This document shows, in pieces, positions 37,260 through 48,145 of a stretch of DNA of 64,000 nt; positions within the stretch are counted from its first letter, which is position 1; each line of letters starts with the position of its first letter. Where the stretch lies: the NCBI GenBank assembly GCA_045119215.1, contig JBGVDD010000098.1, positions 33,632-97,631 on the forward strand. The letters are read 5' to 3'. Source of the stretch: Lachnospiraceae bacterium. GTDB lineage: Bacteria > Bacillota > Clostridia > Lachnospirales > Lachnospiraceae. Both the position numbers and the translations under genes were made by a program. Under the pieces are notes generated by a model. That model was not told where the DNA came from and made no database searches. It was given only the letters and a program-made list of their open reading frames with translations.

Positions 37260-40200
37260 ATGAATGATAAAGAAAGATACTATTTATATGATTGTATTGA
37301 TAAGGTAAGTAATTCAACGGCTCCTGGAAAAAATCTTATGTTAATTAACCACAATAATATGCTAATGGTTCAAGAGGAAAGCGTTAGTCGAATAGCAAAA
37401 TACCATAGATTTGAAAATATTCAACTTCGTAGGCCTTATGAACCTTTTTTGGATATTATTGGGGAGTATTTAAGAGAGAGAATCCAAAAGGGGTTGGAAT
37501 TGGAGAATTTTTTTCAGGAGGCTCAGGTCTATCCTCTTCACCAGGAAATTTTTGAAAGTTATGTGAGGGAAGGGTTTTGTCATCGCAGAGAAGAGATTCT
37601 TCTTGGAGAAGTAGACTATGAGAAGGAGCGTTTTGTAAAAGAGATTCTATCCATGTTGTATTTGGTTTCCAGGGAGAAAAAGATTGTATTGTTGCTTGAT
37701 GAATTAAACCAGGCAACAGATACCACGTTGCAAATGATTCAAACCATATTTTTAGATGGGAAATACACCAATATTAAAATTGTGGCAATTACCAATGGAA
37801 TTGGAGAGGTGTTACCTTTTGCACAGGAAGAGCATAAGAAATTTATGCTGATGTGTGAAGAGAATAATGTGGTGTATAACTGGATATTTGAAGGCTCACA
37901 TACTGGAATGCCCAAGGAAAAAAATAAGAAACAACGGGATGTCCAGGAAGATATTATTGTTATAAACAATTTGATACGCACTTTGGACTATACGGCGGCC
38001 TCCTATTATCTGAAATCTATTTTTGAGCAAAAAGAAAAGGAGCCTATGGATTTGTCCCCACTACAGGAAAAGGAATTAATGCTGCTGCATTTGGAGGCCA
38101 GTGCCCTATCCCAGATGTATACAGATGCTTTGTGGATGTGTGAGAGCTTATCCAAAATAGAATTTGAATCTTCCTATGAACAGAAAATTACAGAATTTGA
38201 GAGCACTTATTGGAAATGTAAAATCCTCATGTATAGCGAGCGTGAGACGGAAGTTGAGGATGGTATTTTAGAGCTTAGAAGACTTTCAAAAGAATTAGAC
38301 AACGAATTTTTTGAGTTTCAGATTGAATTATTGGAAAATATGTCCAAATACTCCGGATGGATGAATATGTGGATATGTGAGCTGGAAGTGGATGTATCCT
38401 ATCGCTTGATTCAATGGTGTGAGAAATATGGCTATCTGAACCATCTGGCTCATATTTATGTATACAGTTACAACAGTGACTACATGAGTTTTTCAAAAGT
38501 AGAAGGGATGGAAGAGAGGATACCTGAATTTCATAAAGGAGTGGCATTGGCAGAAAAACTGGACAATTGTTGGTTTCTTGTGGAAGCCTACCGAAAAAAC
38601 ATTATGTTAGCCTCTATTCATGGGTACTTTGACGTATGCATATATTTTTATCAGGCTAGTTTAAAGGTAATTAAACGCAGTCAGGACAAAGTAAAAGAGG
38701 CAGGTACATATAATGGAATTGGGTATTCTTACTGTGGTTTGGAGAAGTATGAGGAGGCTAATGAATATTATAACAAAGCATTGGAATTGTTTTATCATCT
38801 TGAGCTGCCGGCGGACATTGTAGAAACTTTGTATAATTTGGGAATCAATGCAATGCTTTCAGGAGATTATCATAGTGCAAGTAGTTATTTTCTGTCGGCT
38901 GATAATACTCTTCGAACCTTGAAGCAGACCACAATTAAGACATGTAATATATCAAAATTGTTCGGACTGGTAGCATTGACCTTGTATCGGGAAGGGGAAA
39001 TGTACCAGGCACAGTTGTATCTAAACCGTGCAGAGCAGTTTTTGGGTTATGTGCTGGATAAGGAAGATGAGGAAAAAGAATATTTTGCTGATGACAGCAT
39101 GTTTCTTGTATATTTCTTAAGAGCAATGTTTAAAAGAGGCGAGCAGGATGATAAAATGGCTGCCAGGTATTTCAAGAAAGCGGAATTTTATCTTTATCGT
39201 TCTACTGGCGGCGTTTTTTTAAACTATCCTGAGTTTATTTTTGATTATTACTCATTTTTAATGGAAATTGGGAAAAAAGACAGGGCAAAGCTGGAAATGC
39301 AGAAATTTATCATATACTGCAAGGAACATCACTATGTGTATCGTCTGCAAAAGGTAGATGAATTTATGAAAGCACAAAAGTGCCCTGAAAAAAATAAACA
39401 TGCCATTTCTTATGGTATGGAAAGTACAGGAGGAATCAGTTCAAACGATATTTATGAGCTGATAAAAAGAAAGCGAGCACAGACAGAAACGGAATCTTTG
39501 CGTCGAACCATACGTTTCTTTCATGTGATGCAAAAATTTACGAATCAGATGAAAGGAACTATAGAGCAGGAATTACAGGATATTATTCCTGTTTTTAAGA
39601 GTTATTTTTATATCGATAAGGTGTTTTGTGTCAGATGCTGCAAGGAAGGCAATCAGGCAATATACAGCGATTTGGGGTATGATATCCCCCAGGAGAGAAT
39701 TGAAGAACTGGTGGATTTTTTCCGTAGAAAATCAGGAAGTTTCTTTGTGTCAAAAGATGGAATGGATCATGAGCAATATGATAGAATAGTTCAGATATTT
39801 GATTTTGAGCATATTTATACTTTTGCTGCCGTTCCGGTATACAACAATGATATCTTAATTAGTGTTTATGTTGCGTATATAGAAATAAAAACTACATGGA
39901 CCACAATTTCTGAAAAATCCATTATGGAGCAGGAAGATTTGGAGGTTTATGAATATGTGTTCAGTCAGATTTCAAATGCGGTGGAAAAACTTGAAGTTAC
40001 CAAGGAATTGGTAAAGGCAAATGAGAAGTTAACAGAACAAATGACGCAGTTGGTTGAATTGAAGGAGCAGGCAGAAGTAGCAAATGAGGCAAAGTCAAAT
40101 TTTTTGGCCAATATGAGTCATGAAATCAGAACACCTATGAATGCCATTATCGGTATGGCAGAGATTGCATTACGTGGGGAAATGGACAAGGAACAAAGAA

Positions 40201-42218
40201 GCTTGATAGAGCAGATTTCCTCTTCGGGAAAAACGTTACTTTCCATTATCAATGATATTCTGGATTTCTCGAAAATCGAATCAGGAAAGATGGATATTAT
40301 TGAGGATGAGTATCAGCCCCTACAGCTTATTTCAGACATCGAAAATATTATAACCACCCGATTGGAGGGAAAACCGGTAGAATTCCTGGTAGATTTGGCA
40401 CCGAATCTTCCTTGTGTGTTGTACGGTGACAGTATACGTCTCAAACAGGTGATTATCAATATTGCCAACAATGCTGTGAAATTTACCAAGCGTGGTGCGG
40501 TAATATTGCATATGGATTATCAATATATGGCAGAAGGGCAAATTATGCTGAATATCTCAGTTGAGGATACGGGAATTGGAATCAAGAGAGAAGACTTAGG
40601 AAAATTATTTCAATCTTTCCAGCAGGTAGACAGCAGACGGAATCGTAATATTGAAGGAACGGGGCTTGGGCTGGCAATCAGTAAGCAGCTACTTACTCTT
40701 ATGCATGGGGACATTTTGGTGGAAAGTGAATACGGAAAGGGAAGTACGTTTCATATTAAGCTTCCGCAAAAGGTGAAGGATAGCCGGGAATGTATTGTAA
40801 AACAGGACACAGAATTTTTATTGATTTCATTGATTGATAATCTGTATGTGGCAAGACAGTTACAGAAAGACTGCCAGAGGTTAGGAATAGAGTACAAAAA
40901 TTTCAATACGGAGCGCCAATTGTTAGAATTTGCAGATTCCAGACAGCGTTATCTCATTGTTGATGAGAAACTATGCACCCATAAAGTTTTGTTTTATTTG
41001 AAAAATAATCCGTGGATTCAGGGAGGAGTGCTGGAAGATTTTAAGAGTGATTTCGCCCAGAAGGAAGGATTATATAAACTAAAGAAGCCATTAGAGGTAT
41101 TTGGTCTGGCTGAATTTGTAGGAGACCAGGTTACACTAGTGGGTAAAGGGGAGGAAGAAACCAACAGTGGTATCTTTGTTGCACCGGATGCCCAGATTCT
41201 CGTAGTGGATGACAATGCTGTTAACTTATCGGTGGTAAAAGGCTTGTTATCCCCATTGCAAATGCAGGTGGACACAGCCAATAGCGGATGGGAAGCATTG
41301 GAAAAAATTTCAGTGTTGAAATATGATTTGATTTTTATGGATCATATGATGCCGGAAATGGATGGTGTGGAAACTACCAAAAGAATTAGAAGGGACTACA
41401 AAGATTATGATTCCATACCGGTAATAGCCTTGACTGCAAATGCAGTGTCCGGCACCAGGGAAATTTTAATGGAATGTGGAATGAATGATTTTGTGGCAAA
41501 ACCAATAGAGTATAATATTATTGTGTCAAAAATCAAACAATGGTTACCTCAAGATAAATTACAAACAGTATCAAAGGAAGAATGGACAAATGCAGAAGCC
41601 TCAAATAAAAATAGGGCAAGGCTTCAGATTCCAGGGCTGGATACCAAATATGCATTAAGCCTTATCGATGATGAAGAATTGTATCTGTCAGTGCTGAAAG
41701 AATATTATAAGGGGGTCAGCCGTAAAAGCGAATTAATTGTAAAATATGAAATGCAGGAAGATGTGGAGAATTATACCGTGGAGGTTCACGCATTGAAAAG
41801 CTCATCCAAGCAAATTGGAGCCATGGAATTATCCGCTCTTGCAGCCAAATTAGAAAAGGCGGGCAAAGAGAAAGATGTGGCGTTTATTCATCAAAATACA
41901 GGTGAATTAATTGAAAAATACACTTATATCAAGCGTTGTATCCAACCATTTTGTCAAATTCAGGAGGAAGAAGTACAAAAAAATATGATGTCCAGAACAG
42001 AGTTATTGAGCTGTTTTTCTAATTTAAGAATTGCATTGGATCAGTTGGATTTGGATGAAATGGACGGTATTATGGATTATATGTTAGGATTTGACTATCA
42101 AGAAGAGGAAGAGGAATTCTTTGGGAAATTAGAAAATGCTGTGGATGAAATTGATTCTGAGGCTTGTGAAGAGGTATTGAAACAGTGGGAAAGCAAATTG
42201 GGAGAAACAAAAAATTAG
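37260..42218 (+). CDS. giant soluble hybrid sensor histidine kinase: degenerate AAA_16/STAND-like + TPR + GAF-like + HisKA/HATPase + pseudo-receiver + REC + Hpt
   Basis: No TM segment seen. Walker-B-like [11 protein letters not shown] with no P-loop upstream. TPR-like repeats ([28 protein letters not shown]..). H-box [14 protein letters not shown] (His codon 40119-40121). NAVKFT, EDTGIGI and [32 protein letters not shown] (Asp codon 41340-41342). Hpt [14 protein letters not shown] (His codon 41787-41789). Confidence 0.85.
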   Translation: MNDKERYYLYDCIDKVSNSTAPGKNLMLINHNNMLMVQEESVSRIAKYHRFENIQLRRPYEPFLDIIGEYLRERIQKGLELENFFQEAQVYPLHQEIFESYVREGFCHRREEILLGEVDYEKERFVKEILSMLYLVSREKKIVLLLDELNQATDTTLQMIQTIFLDGKYTNIKIVAITNGIGEVLPFAQEEHKKFMLMCEENNVVYNWIFEGSHTGMPKEKNKKQRDVQEDIIVINNLIRTLDYTAASYYLKSIFEQKEKEPMDLSPLQEKELMLLHLEASALSQMYTDALWMCESLSKIEFESSYEQKITEFESTYWKCKILMYSERETEVEDGILELRRLSKELDNEFFEFQIELLENMSKYSGWMNMWICELEVDVSYRLIQWCEKYGYLNHLAHIYVYSYNSDYMSFSKVEGMEERIPEFHKGVALAEKLDNCWFLVEAYRKNIMLASIHGYFDVCIYFYQASLKVIKRSQDKVKEAGTYNGIGYSYCGLEKYEEANEYYNKALELFYHLELPADIVETLYNLGINAMLSGDYHSASSYFLSADNTLRTLKQTTIKTCNISKLFGLVALTLYREGEMYQAQLYLNRAEQFLGYVLDKEDEEKEYFADDSMFLVYFLRAMFKRGEQDDKMAARYFKKAEFYLYRSTGGVFLNYPEFIFDYYSFLMEIGKKDRAKLEMQKFIIYCKEHHYVYRLQKVDEFMKAQKCPEKNKHAISYGMESTGGISSNDIYELIKRKRAQTETESLRRTIRFFHVMQKFTNQMKGTIEQELQDIIPVFKSYFYIDKVFCVRCCKEGNQAIYSDLGYDIPQERIEELVDFFRRKSGSFFVSKDGMDHEQYDRIVQIFDFEHIYTFAAVPVYNNDILISVYVAYIEIKTTWTTISEKSIMEQEDLEVYEYVFSQISNAVEKLEVTKELVKANEKLTEQMTQLVELKEQAEVANEAKSNFLANMSHEIRTPMNAIIGMAEIALRGEMDKEQRSLIEQISSSGKTLLSIINDILDFSKIESGKMDIIEDEYQPLQLISDIENIITTRLEGKPVEFLVDLAPNLPCVLYGDSIRLKQVIINIANNAVKFTKRGAVILHMDYQYMAEGQIMLNISVEDTGIGIKREDLGKLFQSFQQVDSRRNRNIEGTGLGLAISKQLLTLMHGDILVESEYGKGSTFHIKLPQKVKDSRECIVKQDTEFLLISLIDNLYVARQLQKDCQRLGIEYKNFNTERQLLEFADSRQRYLIVDEKLCTHKVLFYLKNNPWIQGGVLEDFKSDFAQKEGLYKLKKPLEVFGLAEFVGDQVTLVGKGEEETNSGIFVAPDAQILVVDDNAVNLSVVKGLLSPLQMQVDTANSGWEALEKISVLKYDLIFMDHMMPEMDGVETTKRIRRDYKDYDSIPVIALTANAVSGTREILMECGMNDFVAKPIEYNIIVSKIKQWLPQDKLQTVSKEEWTNAEASNKNRARLQIPGLDTKYALSLIDDEELYLSVLKEYYKGVSRKSELIVKYEMQEDVENYTVEVHALKSSSKQIGAMELSALAAKLEKAGKEKDVAFIHQNTGELIEKYTYIKRCIQPFCQIQEEEVQKNMMSRTELLSCFSNLRIALDQLDLDEMDGIMDYMLGFDYQEEEEEFFGKLENAVDEIDSEACEEVLKQWESKLGETKN

Positions 42219-42234
42219 GAGATAAGCAATTTAT

Positions 42235-43329
42235 ATGAAGATATTAACTACATTACCAAAAAACGATGGTTACACTATGCCAGCAGAATATGAAGAACAT
42301 TATGGGTGTGTGATGATATGGCCGGAGCGGCCGGATTCTTGGGCTTTTGGAGCAGTGGCAGCCAGAAAGGCATTTGTACAGGTTGCTACTGCCATAGCAG
42401 AAAGCGAAAAGTTAATTATGCTCTGCAGCTTTGAACAGTATGATACTGCCAGGGAAATGTTGCCGGAGCATATTAAGGTGGTAGAAATGTCAACCGATGA
42501 TTCCTGGGCCAGGGATGTATGTCCCACTTTTGTAAAAAATTCAGCCGGACAGATACGAGGAATTGACTGGGGTTTTAACGCCTGGGGTGGTTTGGAAGAT
42601 GGACTGTATTTTCCCTGGGATAGGGATAACAAAGTGGCACGAAAAGTCTGTGATTTATTAGATAAGGATACTTATGATGCCAGAGAGTTTATCCTTGAGG
42701 GTGGGTCCATCCATTCCGACGGAGAAGGAACCATCATGGTAACAGAGGCTTGTCTATTAAGTCAGGGAAGAAATCCTAAACTATCAAAGGAAGAAATAGA
42801 AGAAAATTTGAAAAATTATCTGGGAGCAGAAAAAGTTTTGTGGCTTCCTTGCGGGATTTATCAGGATGAGACCAACGAACATGTAGATAATATCTGCGCT
42901 TTTGTAAAACCTGGTGAGGTAGTTCTGGCATGGACAGAGGATACGAAGGATCCCCAGTACGAAATGTCAAGTGCCTGTCTTGAGTATTTAGAAAAACAGA
43001 CAGATGCAAAGGGAAGGAAACTTGTGGTTCATAAGCTACCATTGCCAAAGCCAGTGTATATGCAGGAGGAAGAATGTGTGGGACTGCTTCATTTTCAGGG
43101 GGAACCTACCCGCAGGGAAGGGGAACGGCTGGCGGCTTCTTATGTGAATTTCTATATAGCAAATAAAACCATTGTGATGCCGGGATTTCAGGATGAAAAT
43201 GACAAGGTGGCAAAGAAAATTTTGGAGGAACTGTTTCCGGAAAGAAAAGTGATTCAGATAGATGCCAGAGATATTCTTATCGGGGGTGGCAATATTCACT
43301 GTATTACCCAGCAGATTCCAGTATTTTGA
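42235..43329 (+). CDS. aguA: agmatine deiminase
   Basis: MPAEYEEH..MIWPERPDSW, DDSWARD, and the C-terminal GGGNIHCITQQ with the catalytic Cys. Confidence 0.9.
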   Translation: MKILTTLPKNDGYTMPAEYEEHYGCVMIWPERPDSWAFGAVAARKAFVQVATAIAESEKLIMLCSFEQYDTAREMLPEHIKVVEMSTDDSWARDVCPTFVKNSAGQIRGIDWGFNAWGGLEDGLYFPWDRDNKVARKVCDLLDKDTYDAREFILEGGSIHSDGEGTIMVTEACLLSQGRNPKLSKEEIEENLKNYLGAEKVLWLPCGIYQDETNEHVDNICAFVKPGEVVLAWTEDTKDPQYEMSSACLEYLEKQTDAKGRKLVVHKLPLPKPVYMQEEECVGLLHFQGEPTRREGERLAASYVNFYIANKTIVMPGFQDENDKVAKKILEELFPERKVIQIDARDILIGGGNIHCITQQIPVF

Positions 43330-43373
43330 GGGAGTGGTTTAGATAGTTTATAACACAGAATTTGAAAGGATAG

Positions 43374-44264
43374 GTGGATATGAGAAAAGTTGTGGTGGGC
43401 GCAGTTCAGATGAAATGCGAAAAGGAAAGAGAAAAAAATATTGCAAAAGCAGATACCATGGTCAGGGAGGCGGCAAAAAAAGGTGCTCAGATTATTTTGT
43501 TGCCGGAGTTATTTGAAAACCTTTATTTTTGCCAGGAAAAAAGGTATGATTATTACGATTTGGCAGAAAGCCTAGAGGAAAATAAAGCGGTAAATCATTT
43601 TAAAGCCCTTGCCAAGGAGTTAGAAGTGGTGTTGCCTATCAGCTTTTATGAAAAGGATCAAAATGTTTTATACAACACAGTGGCAGTGATTGACGCCGAT
43701 GGCAGTGTTTTGGGCATTTATAGAAAAACCCATATTCCGGACGATCATTTTTATCAGGAAAAGTTTTACTTCACTCCAGGCAATACTGGTTTTCAGGTGT
43801 GGAAGACAAAATATGCAACCATAGGTGTGGGAATCTGTTGGGATCAATGGTTCCCGGAATGTGCCAGGGCAATGGCCATAAAGGGAGCAGAAATGTTATT
43901 TTATCCCACAGCTATTGGCTCGGAACCTATTCTGGAATGTGACAGTATGCCTCACTGGAGAAGATGTATGCAAGGTCATGCAGGTTCTAATCTTATGCCG
44001 GTAATCGCAGCAAACCGCATTGGAGAAGAAGTGGTGCAGCCATGCGAAGAGAACAATATGCAATCTTCTTCTCTAAGCTTTTATGGTTCTTCCTTTATGA
44101 CCGATGGAACCGGTGAGATTTGCTCCCAGGCCTCCAGAGATAAGGAAGAGGTTTTGATTACAGAGTATGATTTGGAGGCTTTGGCAAAAGACCGGTTAAG
44201 CTGGGGAATTTTCCGTGACAGAAGAGAAGAATGTTATGATATATTGGCTGGAGGAGAAAGGTAG
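43374..44264 (+). CDS. aguB: N-carbamoylputrescine amidase (CN-hydrolase family)
   Basis: Nitrilase-superfamily E-K-C pattern (LLPELF, YRKTHIP, GVGICWDQWFPE). The start could be the ATG at 43380. Confidence 0.85.
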   Translation: MDMRKVVVGAVQMKCEKEREKNIAKADTMVREAAKKGAQIILLPELFENLYFCQEKRYDYYDLAESLEENKAVNHFKALAKELEVVLPISFYEKDQNVLYNTVAVIDADGSVLGIYRKTHIPDDHFYQEKFYFTPGNTGFQVWKTKYATIGVGICWDQWFPECARAMAIKGAEMLFYPTAIGSEPILECDSMPHWRRCMQGHAGSNLMPVIAANRIGEEVVQPCEENNMQSSSLSFYGSSFMTDGTGEICSQASRDKEEVLITEYDLEALAKDRLSWGIFRDRREECYDILAGGER

Positions 44265-44551
44265 TGTCGTTTAAGGGAGTTATTGTTTATCTGATTCTTA
44301 TAAATATAGCAGGTTTTTTGTCAATGTATGTGGATAAATATAAGGCAAAGAAACACAAGTGGCGGATACCGGAAAAAACACTGTTTTTGTTTGCTATCCT
44401 TGGTGGAAGTGTGGGCTCTATTTTGGGGATGCAGATTTGCAGGCATAAAACGAAACATTGGTATTTTGTTGTGTTTATGCCTTTGATTTTAATACTCCAG
44501 CTTATTTTAGGTTTTGCTTGCATTCAGTTAAAAAATGGGTTAATATTATAG
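44264..44551 (+). CDS. DUF1294-family small membrane protein
   Basis: The GTG start overlaps the aguB stop (TAGTG). YVDKYKAKKHKWRIPEKTLFLFAILGGSVGSILGMQICRHKTKH matches the DUF1294 pattern. Confidence 0.75.
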   Translation: MSFKGVIVYLILINIAGFLSMYVDKYKAKKHKWRIPEKTLFLFAILGGSVGSILGMQICRHKTKHWYFVVFMPLILILQLILGFACIQLKNGLIL

Positions 44552-44634
44552 ATACGGAATTTTAAGTACCAGAGCTTGCCGGTTTCGTAAGAAATGCAAG
44601 GCATAAAGAATTATAGATAGAAAGGGAAAAATGT

Positions 44635-45045
44635 ATGAAAAAGACAAGTAGTAAAGCAGCAGCAAAACACAATGCAGCAAAGGTAGCCGCAAGAATGGCA
44701 TCAGCAGCAGACAAGATTCAGGAAGTGGCAGGAAATGTAGTGCAGGAAGTGGAAGGTGCAATGAGTGCCATGGAGACAGCCAGTGATGCACAGGTAGCTC
44801 AGGTAAAGGAAGAAGTAAAGGCGGTAGTAGAAATGGTAAAAGAAGTGAAACCGGAAGTGACGATTCAGTTTAGACATTATGAAGTGAATATGGAAGAAGT
44901 GACAAAGAGGGTAAAAGAAGACTTTGAGGTAAGAGGTCATCGTGGAGAGGAAATCAAGAAAATTCAGATTTATGTAAAACCGGAAGACTTCACAGCATAT
45001 TACGTGATTAACGATTTTGAAGCTGGAAAAGTAAATTTATTCTAA
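44635..45045 (+). CDS. hypothetical protein (Ala/Lys-rich N-terminus, compact C-terminal domain)
   Basis: RBS AAGGGA. Coding-like sequence of 136 aa. No motif recognised. Confidence 0.55.
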   Translation: MKKTSSKAAAKHNAAKVAARMASAADKIQEVAGNVVQEVEGAMSAMETASDAQVAQVKEEVKAVVEMVKEVKPEVTIQFRHYEVNMEEVTKRVKEDFEVRGHRGEEIKKIQIYVKPEDFTAYYVINDFEAGKVNLF

Positions 45046-45060
45046 TTTGATTCATTATGT

Positions 45061-45098
45061 AAAAAGGCAGGCACTTATCAGAGTGCCTGCCTTTTTGC
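45061..45098 (+). terminator. intrinsic terminator
   Basis: ggcaggcact (45066-45075) / agtgcctgcc (45082-45091), then T5. Confidence 0.85.
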
Positions 45099-45105
45099 GT
45101 AGTAT

Positions 45106-45134
45106 GTATTTTTTCTAAGAAAATCTCCATACTA
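45106..45134 (+). promoter_or_regulatory. possible forespore (sigma-G/F-type) promoter upstream of spoVAD
   Basis: GTATT (45106-45110), a 17-nt spacer, CATACTA (45128-45134). The -10 matches the CATnnTA consensus exactly. The -35 matches GnATR at 4 of 5 positions. Confidence 0.35.
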
Positions 45135-45188
45135 ATTAGTAATCGAAAAGTTAAGAAAAAGCAAGTCTGGAATAATATGGAGGTTTTT

Positions 45189-46220
45189 ATGAGTCAGGTG
45201 GAAATGATTGGAAAGCAGAGCTTAGAATTTACGGATGGTCCCTGGATACTGGAAAGTGGAAACGTAGTGGGACAAAAGGAAGGTGAGGGACCTTTAGGGG
45301 AATATTTTGATATGATAGGCGAGGATGAAATGTTCGGGTGTGAAAACTGGGAGAGTGCAGAAGGGGAATTACAAAAGGAAGCTCTTACTCTGGCGTTAGG
45401 TAAAGCCGGCATCAAGGCGAAGCAAGTAAGATATTTATTTGCGGGGGATTTGCTGGGGCAAAATATGGCAAGCAGTTTTGGGCTGGAGGATATGAATATA
45501 CCAATGTTTGGTCTGTACGGGGCCTGTTCTACAGCAGGAGAAAGTTTGTCCTTAGCTTCCCTTACAGTGGCAGCAGGGGCAGCAGATTTGACAGCAGCAG
45601 TAACATCAAGTCACTTTGCCAGTGCGGAGAAACAGTTTCGGTTTCCCCTTGCCTATGGAAATCAGCGTCCCCCTTCATCTACCTGGACCGTTACAGGAAG
45701 TGGAGCTTTTTTGGTTGGACGAAAAAGAGGAATTGCCAGGGTTACAGGGATTACCACTGGAAAGATTGTAGATTATGGCATAAAGGATACGATGAATATG
45801 GGAGGATGTATGGCTCCGGCAGCGGCAGACACCATATATGCAAATTTTAAGGATTTCAATCGCCAGGTAGATTATTATGATAAGATTATTACGGGAGATT
45901 TAGGAGAGATTGGAGTGGAAATCCTAATAGATTTATTAAATCAAAAAGGATATGATATAAAATCCAGAATTTTGGATTGCGGAATGATGATGTTTGACAA
46001 GGAAAAGCAAGGTACCAATGCAGGGGGCAGTGGATGTGGCTGTTCTGCAACAGTATTGTCTGCCTTTATTCTAAAGCAGATAAAGGAAGGTATCTGGAAA
46101 AGAGTGCTGTTTGTGCCCACAGGAGCACTGATGTCACCGGTTTCCCACAATGAAGGAATGAGTGTGCCGGGGATTGCCCATGCAGTTTGTCTAGATGGGG
46201 GATTGCAAAAAAGCAGGTAA
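45189..46220 (+). CDS. spoVAD: stage V sporulation protein AD (thiolase-like fold)
   Basis: IGKQSLEF..VVGQKEGEGPLGEYFD and the following thiolase-like pattern. The ATG at 45189 lies 5 nt after GGAGG; an alternative ATG is at 45177. Confidence 0.9.
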   Translation: MSQVEMIGKQSLEFTDGPWILESGNVVGQKEGEGPLGEYFDMIGEDEMFGCENWESAEGELQKEALTLALGKAGIKAKQVRYLFAGDLLGQNMASSFGLEDMNIPMFGLYGACSTAGESLSLASLTVAAGAADLTAAVTSSHFASAEKQFRFPLAYGNQRPPSSTWTVTGSGAFLVGRKRGIARVTGITTGKIVDYGIKDTMNMGGCMAPAAADTIYANFKDFNRQVDYYDKIITGDLGEIGVEILIDLLNQKGYDIKSRILDCGMMMFDKEKQGTNAGGSGCGCSATVLSAFILKQIKEGIWKRVLFVPTGALMSPVSHNEGMSVPGIAHAVCLDGGLQKSR

Positions 46221-46295
46221 AATGCTAGTATGGGATGGGGCCGCATCCCCCAAAAGAGAAAAAGGTAACAGTGAAAGGTACGGTGGGTTAGTAAG

Positions 46296-47663
46296 ATGGA
46301 GAGACAAAAGGAAATCAAAATTGAAGACTATACTATGAAAAAGATGGTTTGGATGTCTGTTCCCATATTTATTGAGTTGTTTTTGCAGCTTTTAGTAGGA
46401 AATGTGGATCAGATTATGATAAGTCATCATTCCCAGAATGCTGTGGCTGCCATAGGGAATGCCAATCAGATTATGGGGATTCTTATTATCTTTTTGAATG
46501 TGATGGGGTCAGGTACCACCGTGGTCTTGGCACGGTTTCTTGGAGCAGATAATAAGAAAAAGATTGCAGAAACCTGTGTGTCTTCTGTTTTTATGCTGAT
46601 TCTTCTGGGACTTTTAGCAAGTATAATTCTGGTGGGATTACACCGGCCGGTTTTTCTGTTAATGAAAATCCCACAGGATATTTTAGAAGATGCCTGCAGT
46701 TATATGTTTATCATAGGCTTTTGCGTTGTCGTTCAGGCGGTATATATCGGTTTTGGTGCAATGTTAAGGGCGTATGGCATGAATAAAGAGATTACCGTAA
46801 TATCCTTTATCATGAATATTCTTAATGTAGTTGGAAATGGTATCTTAATTTATGGAATGTTCGGTTTGCCGGCACTTGGAATTAAGGGTGTGGCAATCTC
46901 AACCAATATAAGTAAATGTATTGGTCTGGTATTGATAATTCTTACTTTTATCAAGAAAACGGGGATTAAGCTGTCCCTTAGCTACCTAAGGCCGCTGCCT
47001 TTGGACACCATAGGAAAGATTTTAGCAGTAGCCATTCCTTCCGGGGCAGAGGGTATTTCCTATAATATGTCCCAGATGATTGTGCTTGGTGTGGTGAACA
47101 CCATAGGCACTGCAGTGGGAACTTATGTGATTACCACCAAGGTTTATCTGGGAATGGCTGCCAATGTGGCATATATTTATTCTGTGGCTATCGCTGCCGC
47201 CATGCAGGTGGTGGTGGGCTACCTGGTAGGTGCAAAGAGAAAAGATCTGGTGGCAAAAAAGGTCTGGGCAGTACAGTTGGTGGCAACAGTGGTTTCTGTG
47301 GGGGTAAGTATTGTTTTGTACTTTTATTCTGATTTGTTTTTTGGAATGTTTACCAAAGATGAGAGAATTTTACAGCTTGCCCATCAGGTGTTATTGGTGG
47401 AAATTATCCTGGAAATTGGAAGGTCCATCAATATTGTTATGGTAAAAGCCCTGATTGCTACCGGAGATGTAAAATTTCCGGTGATCTGTGGAATCATCTG
47501 TCAGTGGATTGTGGCAGCACTATTTTCTTATATCTTAGGCATTGTGTGTGATTTAGGTCTGGTGGGTGTGTGGATTGCCCTTGCCATGGATGAATGTGTG
47601 AGAGGATTTATTTATTTGATTCGATTCCGTCGGGCAAAGTGGATGCAGATGAAAACATTATGA
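46296..47663 (+). CDS. MATE family efflux transporter
   Basis: 12-TM pattern. The N-terminal SVPIFIELFLQLLVGNVDQIMISH is typical of MATE/NorM proteins. Confidence 0.8.
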   Translation: MERQKEIKIEDYTMKKMVWMSVPIFIELFLQLLVGNVDQIMISHHSQNAVAAIGNANQIMGILIIFLNVMGSGTTVVLARFLGADNKKKIAETCVSSVFMLILLGLLASIILVGLHRPVFLLMKIPQDILEDACSYMFIIGFCVVVQAVYIGFGAMLRAYGMNKEITVISFIMNILNVVGNGILIYGMFGLPALGIKGVAISTNISKCIGLVLIILTFIKKTGIKLSLSYLRPLPLDTIGKILAVAIPSGAEGISYNMSQMIVLGVVNTIGTAVGTYVITTKVYLGMAANVAYIYSVAIAAAMQVVVGYLVGAKRKDLVAKKVWAVQLVATVVSVGVSIVLYFYSDLFFGMFTKDERILQLAHQVLLVEIILEIGRSINIVMVKALIATGDVKFPVICGIICQWIVAALFSYILGIVCDLGLVGVWIALAMDECVRGFIYLIRFRRAKWMQMKTL

Positions 47664-47722
47664 TGTATAGACTTCCCATTCTTTGGAAATCCTATGGTTA
47701 CAGAAAAAAGGAGAGTGAAAGA

Positions 47723-48079
47723 ATGGACTATGTAAATGCTTTTTGGGTAGGTGGGGTGATTTGTGCTTTGGTGCAAATTCTCATGGACCGAACCAAGATG
47801 ATGCCGGGAAGAATTATGGTTTTGTTGGTGTGTAGTGGAGCAGTGCTCTCAGCCATCGGAGTATATCAGTGGCTGGTAGATTTTGCAGGAGCGGGAGCCT
47901 CAGTACCACTGTTAGGCTTCGGACATACCTTGTGGAAAGGAGTTCGGGAAGCCATTGATGAAAAGGGCTTTATTGGGATTTTTTCCGGTGGATTTCAAAG
48001 CTGTGCCACAGGGGTATCCGCAGCTCTGATCTTCGGCTACCTTGCCAGTCTGATTGCAAAACCGAAGATGAAAAAATAG
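47723..48079 (+). CDS. spoVAE: stage V sporulation protein AE (SpoVAEb-type)
   Basis: The ATG at 47723 follows AAGGAGAG. FWVGGVICALVQILMD..VDFAGAGASVPLLGFGH matches SpoVAE. The upstream part of ORF 47594.. overlaps the MATE gene end. Confidence 0.85.
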   Translation: MDYVNAFWVGGVICALVQILMDRTKMMPGRIMVLLVCSGAVLSAIGVYQWLVDFAGAGASVPLLGFGHTLWKGVREAIDEKGFIGIFSGGFQSCATGVSAALIFGYLASLIAKPKMKK

Positions 48080-48145
48080 AATTTGGGGACGTTCCTTTTG
48101 TCATAAGGAGTGTCCCCTTGTCAAGTACAAAAAAGGAGAAGTGTT

